From a virus (lineage: Duplodnaviria; Caudoviricetes): 42,272 bases of DNA. Positions within the stretch are counted from its first letter, which is position 1; every line of letters starts with the position of its first letter. The stretch covers positions 1 to 42,272 of IMG/VR virus record IMGVR_UViG_3300027533_000049. One strand, written 5' to 3'. Shown piece by piece: positions 17,452 to 23,775 of the stretch. Under the pieces are notes generated by a model that saw only the letters and a program-made list of their open reading frames with translations, was not told where the DNA came from and ran no database searches. Position numbers and translations under genes: made by a program.

Positions 17452-17802
17452 ATGAGGACAACTGTCGCAGAGAAATTAGCGCAGGCACGGCTGGTGGCCT
17501 TCCATATCCTGACGAAGCACCCCGATTGTTTGCGGGATGACGTGCCGCTCAACGAGTTGGTCGAGGACATCGCCGTCGCCATTGCCGAGAAGCCAGTGCT
17601 TACAAGCGGCGAGCCGACGATAGCGATGGCGGACGAGAACGCAAAACTGCGCGCCACGCTCCATCAAATCGCCAACTACGGCCAAGAGACGAACGAATGG
17701 GACGCCGTTGAACGATACGAGATCGTTCGGAACATGGCCCATGGGACGCTGGCCGAGACTGACCCATCCCGCCCGAAGCCAGTGCTTACAAGCGGAGAGT
17801 GA
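17452..17802 (+). CDS. Hypothetical protein with duplicated KPVLTSGE
   Basis: 116 aa; 21-bp direct repeat at 17589 and 17775. Confidence 0.6.
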   Translation: MRTTVAEKLAQARLVAFHILTKHPDCLRDDVPLNELVEDIAVAIAEKPVLTSGEPTIAMADENAKLRATLHQIANYGQETNEWDAVERYEIVRNMAHGTLAETDPSRPKPVLTSGE

Positions 17803-17805
17803 TCC

Positions 17806-18093
17806 ATGTCGCACATGACCAAGCTAGAGGGCGTGCCCGATCGCGACGACGTCAAGCCGGGCATGGCGTACTTCGCCGGCACCGGCCCATGGGACGCGAC
17901 ATGCGGCAAGTGCGTCCACCGCGGCTACATGGTCAACGTCTATGACCGCTGGGGCAACGTGCTGACGGTGCGTAAGACCAAAGCCTGCGTGATCTACAAG
18001 CAGCTCACTGGGCAGGTCGGTCATGTCGTCAAGCCGGAGTGGAAGGCCTGCAAGTATTTCGAACCGATCCCGCCCCCGGAGCACGGGCTATGA
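17806..18093 (+). CDS. Cys-containing hypothetical protein
   Basis: GTGP...TCGKC...C...ACKYF; GGAG RBS. Confidence 0.75.
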   Translation: MSHMTKLEGVPDRDDVKPGMAYFAGTGPWDATCGKCVHRGYMVNVYDRWGNVLTVRKTKACVIYKQLTGQVGHVVKPEWKACKYFEPIPPPEHGL

Positions 18094-18440
18094 CCGATCC
18101 CAGGCTGAAGTTTGACAGGAAGGAGCTACGCCGGCTCGCGCGGCAGCTGATCAGGAACAACGAATTCGTTGCCGCCGGGTGGCTGACGCGGGTCGCGAAA
18201 AGCGCGCCGGCCGACGCCACGCCGGGCGAGGTCTACGCCAGCCGCGCCTCGTTCTTCTGCGGCGTCGAGTGGGTGCTCAGCATGATCGACGACATGCGAA
18301 AGCAGGGAGCTAGCAAGGAAACCGTCACAGCGCTGATCCGAGCCATCTCCAACGAGATCAAGGCCTACATGCAGACCAGCGACCAGGAGGCGCCCGACAT
18401 CACGACGGCCGGCGGCGAACCCCCAGGGAAGCCGCATTAG
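18090..18440 (+). CDS. Hypothetical protein
   Basis: ATGA coupling; start MTDPRLKF. Confidence 0.7.
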   Translation: MTDPRLKFDRKELRRLARQLIRNNEFVAAGWLTRVAKSAPADATPGEVYASRASFFCGVEWVLSMIDDMRKQGASKETVTALIRAISNEIKAYMQTSDQEAPDITTAGGEPPGKPH

Positions 18441-18475
18441 GACCGCTTGACAGGGCTGTCAGGCTGTCCTACAAG
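18438..18475 (+). promoter_or_regulatory. Palindromic promoter/operator
   Basis: TAGGAC-cgct-TGACAG-gg-CTGTCA-ggct-GTCCTA; TTGACA-N17-TACAAG. Confidence 0.85.
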
Positions 18476-18500
18476 GGGGCATCAACCACGGAGCAAGCAG

Positions 18501-19382
18501 ATGTCCAACGACTTTCAAGACGACGATCTCTCGGCCTTATTCGGCGGCACCGGCCAGCCGCGCCCGCGCCCGACCCCGCCGGCCGATTTTGTGCCGGTGC
18601 TAGAGCGCATGCACACTGAGAGCTGCCCGAAGTGCTCGGGCAGCGGCCGGTTCATCACCTACAGCGGCCGCGATCTCGGCGAGTGCTTCACCTGCAAGGG
18701 CCAGGGCGCCCGCACCTTCAAGACCTCGCGCGGTGATCGCGTCAAGGCGAAGGCCCAGCGCGAGGATCGCCAGGACCGCCAGCGGGTCGACAACGCGGCC
18801 GCGTTCGAGGCCGAGCATCCGGCGGAGTGGGATTGGCTGAAGCGCACTGCCGGTCGCTGGGATGTCGCGCTGTCGTTCATGCAGGGCATCACGAAGTACG
18901 GCTCGCTGACCGACAAGCAGATGGCGGTCGTGCGCAATGGCATGATGCGCGACGCAGCGCGCGCCGAGCGCCGCGCCGCGAGCGCGCCAGCGGTTGACGT
19001 CGCCGGCGTCGATCGCCTGAAGGCAGCGTTCGATCAGGCGATCGCGTTCTCGGCCGAGAAGGGTTTGAAGAAGTCGCCGCGCATCACGATCGGCGGCATG
19101 ACCATCAAGCCGGCCAAGGCGGCGTCGAAGAACCCGGGCGCGCTGTATGTCACGAGCGGCGAGGAGTACCTCGGCAAGATCGTCGGCGCAAAGTTCTACG
19201 CGACAGCGGCCGTCACCACCGATCACGAGGCTCAACTCGCGCTGTTCCTCACTGACCCGGCGGCCGCCGCCAAGGTCTACGGCCAGGAGACTGGCACCTG
19301 CTGCGTCTGCAACGCGACGCTGCGCAGCGAGTGGCGCCTGCGCGGCATCGGGCCGGTGTGCGCTGAAAAGTTCGGCTGGTGA
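18501..19382 (+). CDS. Zn-finger protein (CxxCxGxG pair; DUF6011-like C-terminus)
   Basis: CPKCSGSG and CFTCKGQG; C-terminal CCVCNATL...GIGPVCAEK; ACGGAGCAA RBS. Confidence 0.8.
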   Translation: MSNDFQDDDLSALFGGTGQPRPRPTPPADFVPVLERMHTESCPKCSGSGRFITYSGRDLGECFTCKGQGARTFKTSRGDRVKAKAQREDRQDRQRVDNAAAFEAEHPAEWDWLKRTAGRWDVALSFMQGITKYGSLTDKQMAVVRNGMMRDAARAERRAASAPAVDVAGVDRLKAAFDQAIAFSAEKGLKKSPRITIGGMTIKPAKAASKNPGALYVTSGEEYLGKIVGAKFYATAAVTTDHEAQLALFLTDPAAAAKVYGQETGTCCVCNATLRSEWRLRGIGPVCAEKFGW

Positions 19383-19389
19383 TCAACAC

Positions 19390-19418
19390 GGGCGGCGCGC
19401 CAATGCGCCGCCCATTTC
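19390..19418 (+). terminator. Possible intrinsic terminator
   Basis: GGGCGGCGCG-ccaa-TGCGCCGCCC-atttc just after the stop; weak U-tract. Confidence 0.5.
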
Positions 19419-19431
19419 ACGGGAGGGCTGC

Positions 19432-19644
19432 ATGCGACTATCTCATGATGTTCGGCGTCTATTAGACGGCTGTGGCGCGCCCTGGTCGGTCGTCGAGGGC
19501 AGGCGTCACTACAAGATCATCGTCAACAACAAGTTCTGCGCGATCCTGCCTAAGGGGCCTCAGGCCCGAGTGGAAAACAGGCCCGGCCGCGCTCAGCTGA
19601 ACATCCTCTCGCAGATCCGCCGCGCTGCCAGGAGGGCCCAATGA
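19432..19644 (+). CDS. Small basic protein, possibly HicA-like
   Basis: 70 aa; WSVVEGRRHYKIIV; GGGAGG RBS. Confidence 0.55.
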   Translation: MRLSHDVRRLLDGCGAPWSVVEGRRHYKIIVNNKFCAILPKGPQARVENRPGRAQLNILSQIRRAARRAQ

Positions 19645-19829
19645 GCAGCACCCGCACCTTCCCTTGCCCGTGCGGCTCGGGCTTGCGCAGCGGCTGGGCG
19701 TTCGACGCCCGTGGCATCGCGCTGTGCCGTGTCTGCAACAAGTGCCGCGATCGCAAGCTGGCGGTCTACCGGCCGGAGGTGTTGACCGATCCGAACTATG
19801 CCGCCGACGAGCCGATCGATGAAGACTGA
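19641..19829 (+). CDS. Small Zn-binding protein (SEC-C-like CPCGSG)
   Basis: CPCGSG plus CRVCNKC; ATGA coupling. Confidence 0.7.
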   Translation: MSSTRTFPCPCGSGLRSGWAFDARGIALCRVCNKCRDRKLAVYRPEVLTDPNYAADEPIDED

Positions 19830-20046
19830 AACAGCAGAGACGGCCATGGCACGGCTGCGCGAGCGGGCGAAGAGCAACGTGAGGCAGCGAGTTGTTACGG
19901 GTGTCGCTGTCCGCGGCTCTGTCGGGGTTAGCTATTACCCGCGCAGCCGAACCTGGGCCTATTGGATCCGCAGCGTTCGCGTCACGAAGCGTGATGCGCA
20001 GTGGCTGCTCGGAGTGGAAGTCACCGGGAGTGTCATGAATGATTGA
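19819..20046 (+). CDS. Hypothetical protein
   Basis: Fills the gap in the operon; start uncertain. Confidence 0.5.
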   Translation: MKTETAETAMARLRERAKSNVRQRVVTGVAVRGSVGVSYYPRSRTWAYWIRSVRVTKRDAQWLLGVEVTGSVMND

Positions 20047-20263
20047 GCTGGTACTTAGTATCATCGGAGCGGTCCTGATCATCTATGTAGGGATCCTGGT
20101 TATCGCCTTTCTCGCGGGCGCATTCATGCACGCGCTCGACTCGATCGGACAGAGAGCGGACGTGCCGCAGCCGCGCATCTATTCCGACGGCGAGGAGGGG
20201 ATCCGGCAATTTCTCGCTGAGACTTATAGTCACCCGTGGCGTGACGATCGCGACGACAACTGA
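20039..20263 (+). CDS. Small membrane protein
   Basis: Long hydrophobic N-terminus. Confidence 0.6.
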   Translation: MIELVLSIIGAVLIIYVGILVIAFLAGAFMHALDSIGQRADVPQPRIYSDGEEGIRQFLAETYSHPWRDDRDDN

Positions 20264-20448
20264 TGGGCAAGCCACAACCTTCGGCGCCGCCGCCGCCCTA
20301 CGACATATACCCAACGACACGGCGCCGGCCGGAGCCCTGGCGCGAGCCGGAGAAGCTCGGCTGGGTCGACCGCCACCCGCACTGGGCAACGCTGCTGATC
20401 GCCGCCACAGTGACGGTGATCACGGCGGCCGTCCTGCTCTGGAGCTGA
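20263..20448 (+). CDS. Small tail-anchored membrane protein
   Basis: TGATG coupling; C-terminal TM WATLLIAATVTVITAAVLLWS. Confidence 0.6.
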   Translation: MGKPQPSAPPPPYDIYPTTRRRPEPWREPEKLGWVDRHPHWATLLIAATVTVITAAVLLWS

Positions 20449-20451
20449 GAC

Positions 20452-20619
20452 ATGGATGACAAAGACGACTGTGAGGATCTCGCGAAGCGCGCCTACGCGC
20501 TCTACCGCGAGATCAACCCCAAGGCCGCGCCCTGGAGCGCCCTGTCGACCAACGACAAGGGACTGCTGATCTGCATGGCGCATTACCTGCGGGTCGGCAG
20601 CACGAATAGGACCGCTTGA
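20452..20619 (+). CDS. Hypothetical protein, 55 aa
   Basis: Own translation MDDKDDCEDLAKRAYALY...; GGAG RBS; the stop lies inside the next -35 box. Confidence 0.6.
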   Translation: MDDKDDCEDLAKRAYALYREINPKAAPWSALSTNDKGLLICMAHYLRVGSTNRTA

Positions 20620-20644
20620 CCGGACTGTCAGGGTGTCCTAACAT
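20607..20644 (+). promoter_or_regulatory. Palindromic promoter/operator
   Basis: TAGGAC-cgct-TGACCG-ga-CTGTCA-gggt-GTCCTA; TTGACC-N17-TAACAT. Confidence 0.85.
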
Positions 20645-20676
20645 GGCTTTGTTGATCGCACACAACGGAGCAAGAC

Positions 20677-21132
20677 ATGACTAAGAGGTTGAAGTTCGTC
20701 ATCACTGACGGCGGCCGCGCCGCCGCCGGCTTCAGCGGGAGGGCAGGCGACTGTGTCGCCCGCTCGCTCGCGATCGTCACCGGTCGCCCCTACCAGGAGA
20801 TCTATGATCGCCTCGCTGCGGGGACTGGCTCGCAGCGCCGCGGCAAGTACACCGGCCACCGCATCTCCTCGGCCAGCCACGGCATCAACACCGGGCGCAA
20901 ATGGTTCAAGGACTACATGCGTGAGCTGGGCTTTGTGTGGGTGCCGACCATGGGCATCGGCACCGGCTGCACCGTGCACCTGCTCGCCGACGAGCTGCCT
21001 ATGGGCCGGCTCGTGGTGTCGGTCAGCAAGCACTTCACCGCGGTGATCGATCGCGTCGGCTTCGACAGCCACAATCCCGACCGCGGCGGCCGGCGTTGCG
21101 TGTACGGCTACTGGAGGCTCGACCGTGGCTGA
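20677..21132 (+). CDS. Putative papain-like Cys-His-Asp protein
   Basis: GDCVARSLAI, KHFTAVID, FDS; CAACGGAGCAA RBS. Confidence 0.6.
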   Translation: MTKRLKFVITDGGRAAAGFSGRAGDCVARSLAIVTGRPYQEIYDRLAAGTGSQRRGKYTGHRISSASHGINTGRKWFKDYMRELGFVWVPTMGIGTGCTVHLLADELPMGRLVVSVSKHFTAVIDRVGFDSHNPDRGGRRCVYGYWRLDRG

Positions 21133-21307
21133 GATCGTCGGCCAGCTCGGGCCGCCCCCGAAGCGCGACCCCACTGAGCGCATGATGACGGCGCGCGAGG
21201 TGATCGCGGAGCAGAAGTTCAGGGCCTGGGTGGCTGCCGGCCGCCCGGGCTCTGGTCGGAAGAAGCGTATACTGCGCGCAGCTCGGCGCAGGACAAGACG
21301 ACCATAG
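21125..21307 (+). CDS. Small basic protein
   Basis: 60 aa; GGAGG RBS; overlaps the upstream stop. Confidence 0.5.
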   Translation: MAEIVGQLGPPPKRDPTERMMTAREVIAEQKFRAWVAAGRPGSGRKKRILRAARRRTRRP

Positions 21308-21361
21308 GGCCCGCCTCGACCTGTGGCTCTCCGTCCAGGGGCATCAGAAGGAAGCTAACTC

Positions 21362-22081
21362 ATGTTGAGATCTCTCGCTGCGGCATTGCTGTTGGCCTTG
21401 GCAATGTCCACTCCCACGAAGGCCGTGACCATCAACGTCGGCGATGTCGGCGCCGCGGGGACGACGTCCCTGCAGGGCTTCGCTGATATCGGCCTCGGCG
21501 GCCAGACCGTCTCTGTCACCGGTCTGACTGCGTCGTTGTCCCTGGAGTACACCGGCGTCAGCAACGGCGGCTTGACCTGGAACTTCGACTACTCGATCAC
21601 CAACACCTCGTTCGGCGGCACCTCGGCGAACCTGACCTCGTTCGGTTTCGCCACGACGCCGAACGTGTCCTCCGGCACCTCGACCGGATTGTTCGATACG
21701 GTCACGATCAATCCGAACTTTCCCAACGTGATGCAAGCCGGGCAGAACATCGACATCTGCTTTGCGCCCAGCACTGGGTGTCAGGGCGGCGTCGGCCTGC
21801 TCAATGGAGAGACGGCAGATGGCATGTTCACGCTGACGTTCGCGTCAGCCCTGGGCGCGATCTCGCTCGATCAGGCGTTCGTGCGCTTCCAGGATCTCAC
21901 GGCTGTCTCCCCGATCTACAACGTGAGTGGATCGTCGGGCGTCGGCATCAGCAATGATGTGACGATCACCCCACTGGCGGTGCCCGGCCCCATGGTGGGC
22001 GCCGGTCTTCCTGGCCTGTTCGCGGCGGGGCTTGGGCTCATCGCCCTGGCGCGTCGCCGCCGGAGGCGCGCAGCCGTCTGA
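21362..22081 (+). CDS. Secreted PEP-CTERM-type (VPGPxxG) surface protein, cistern-family-like
   Basis: Signal peptide ending AKA-like TKA, S/T/G-rich beta domain with one Cys pair, C-terminal VPGPMVGAGLPGL + TM + RRRRRR. Confidence 0.8.
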   Translation: MLRSLAAALLLALAMSTPTKAVTINVGDVGAAGTTSLQGFADIGLGGQTVSVTGLTASLSLEYTGVSNGGLTWNFDYSITNTSFGGTSANLTSFGFATTPNVSSGTSTGLFDTVTINPNFPNVMQAGQNIDICFAPSTGCQGGVGLLNGETADGMFTLTFASALGAISLDQAFVRFQDLTAVSPIYNVSGSSGVGISNDVTITPLAVPGPMVGAGLPGLFAAGLGLIALARRRRRRAAV

Positions 22082-22088
22082 CAAAGCA

Positions 22089-22182
22089 AACGCCCGGCGA
22101 AGGGGGCTGGAGGGCCTCGCCGGGCGTTCTTTACCAACACAACATCAACGGAGCGCCGGGAACCTAGCCCGGCGCTCTTTTT
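22089..22182. terminator. Double hairpin between convergent transcription units
   Basis: 12-bp stem 22089-22128; 10-bp stem 22151-22177 followed by TTTTT. Confidence 0.75.
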
Positions 22183-22185
22183 ACG

Positions 22186-22356
22186 TCAACGATCGAGACA
22201 GCGCGCCAGGATCGCTTCGCGCCGCGCCATCGCCGCCGACACCTCGTGCAGCACATAGCCGAAGCCGGCGAGCGAAATGACGTTCACCACCAGCAAGGCA
22301 AGGATGAACGGTGACCCGCCCAGGCTGTCGATCACCTGCTTGACGATCTTAGTCAC
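22186..22356 (-). CDS. Small single-TM protein, 56 aa (holin candidate)
   Basis: Own translation VTKIVKQVIDSLGGSPFILALLVVNVISLAGFGYVL...; last gene of the virion operon. Confidence 0.6.
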   Translation of the reverse strand: MTKIVKQVIDSLGGSPFILALLVVNVISLAGFGYVLHEVSAAMARREAILARCLDR

Positions 22357-22385
22357 AGGATCCCCACAGGATCCCCACAGGGATC
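22354..22385. repeat. 11-bp tandem repeat CACAGGATCCC, about 3 copies
   Basis: Direct reading; covers the RBS and start of the small TM gene. Confidence 0.85.
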
Positions 22386-22386
22386 G

Positions 22387-23766
22387 TTACAGGATCTTCA
22401 CAACCGACAGCACGCTCGCAGCCCCGGGAAAGATTGCGCACGAGCACAGGAACTTGGAGCCGGGGATGTCATCGAACGCGCCGTCGACCTTGGTCCAGGC
22501 CGACGTCAGCGGCACCGCGGCGCCACTGAAGTTGGTGACCAGGATCGTACACTGCCCGCCGATCGAGCCCGGCTGGATCGTGCCCAGGCCGTTGTTGCTG
22601 ATCGTCATCATCGGACGATCGCCAGGGTCGATCACGATCGTCGCGCCTGACAGCGCGCTCAGCGCCTTGGGCACCACGCTGGCGCCGCCGGTGATGATCT
22701 GATCCTCCTGGTCGACGTAGCCCAGCTCGTAGCTGATCGCGCCCATCGACAGGCCGCCGACCTTCAGCCGGTTGTCGGCGCCCAGGCCAAAGTTGACGCC
22801 GACCGCGCCGCGCATGAACGACATGAAGGCATCCTGGCCGGCACCGCTGTTGCCTTTGACCACGATCGCCGCTGATGGGTCGACCTCGGTGAGGGCGCCG
22901 TCCGCCACTGCTGTCGTCAGCAGGCCGGTCATCGTGCCGCCGGCGAGCGGCAGCTTGTCCACGCTGCCGGCAGTGATCGCGTCGTCGGCGTACTTCTTGG
23001 TCGCGGCGTGCAGATCCTCGGTCGGCGGCCCGGCCAGCTTCAAGAGGTTGGTGACAATCTCGACCACAGCAGCACCGCCACCGATCAGCAGCCGACCGTC
23101 AGCTGCCTTGCGGATCACATGCCCGCCGGCGCCGAACACCACCGGCTGCTCGGCGTCCATGCCCAGGGGCCCGGTCATGACGTCGCCGGCAACCGCGACC
23201 CGCGCGTCGTCGCCGGCGTCGGCGTAGGCCTTGGTCGCGGCATGCAGCGGGTCGGTCGGCGGGCCGGATAGTATCAACAGGCCGGTCATGGTGTCGCCGG
23301 CGCGATTGACCTTTGCAGCGTCGAGCGCGGCGCTTTGGCTGGTCCAGGGGCCCCAGGCGCCGGACTTCTTCTCGCGGACGTACAACAGCCCCGGCACCGC
23401 GGTGTCGGTTTCGTCGCGCGCCTCGACCACCATGTTGAGGTTGTCGGCCGCGTAGCAGATCCCGACGAAGCCATGGCCGGCGACCGGCGGCGCGGTCGCA
23501 GTAATTGCCGAATGGAACGTGCCCGACACGAACGGGAAGGTGTCGTAGTTGTCGACGATCTGTCCGGTGACCTCGCCCTTGAGCGCGATCATCGCGTCGC
23601 GCGGCGTGCTCGACGCAGTGCCACCGGCAACGATCGGTCGTGGGATGTTGAGGTCAGCCTCGACGTCGGCGACCATGGCATTGTACTTCGCGCTCTCGAT
23701 CGTGGTGTCGGGAGCGCCGTCAGTGCCCGGAGGCCGGGTATAGATGTTTGAACCGTCGCGCGGCAT
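22387..23766 (-). CDS. Tail fibre protein
   Basis: Probable N-terminal anchor, HAATKxYAD and GxTMTG fibre repeats; C-terminal domain paralogous to that of 34008..35366. Confidence 0.75.
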   Translation of the reverse strand: MPRDGSNIYTRPPGTDGAPDTTIESAKYNAMVADVEADLNIPRPIVAGGTASSTPRDAMIALKGEVTGQIVDNYDTFPFVSGTFHSAITATAPPVAGHGFVGICYAADNLNMVVEARDETDTAVPGLLYVREKKSGAWGPWTSQSAALDAAKVNRAGDTMTGLLILSGPPTDPLHAATKAYADAGDDARVAVAGDVMTGPLGMDAEQPVVFGAGGHVIRKAADGRLLIGGGAAVVEIVTNLLKLAGPPTEDLHAATKKYADDAITAGSVDKLPLAGGTMTGLLTTAVADGALTEVDPSAAIVVKGNSGAGQDAFMSFMRGAVGVNFGLGADNRLKVGGLSMGAISYELGYVDQEDQIITGGASVVPKALSALSGATIVIDPGDRPMMTISNNGLGTIQPGSIGGQCTILVTNFSGAAVPLTSAWTKVDGAFDDIPGSKFLCSCAIFPGAASVLSVVKIL

Positions 23767-23775
23767 TGTCGCCTC

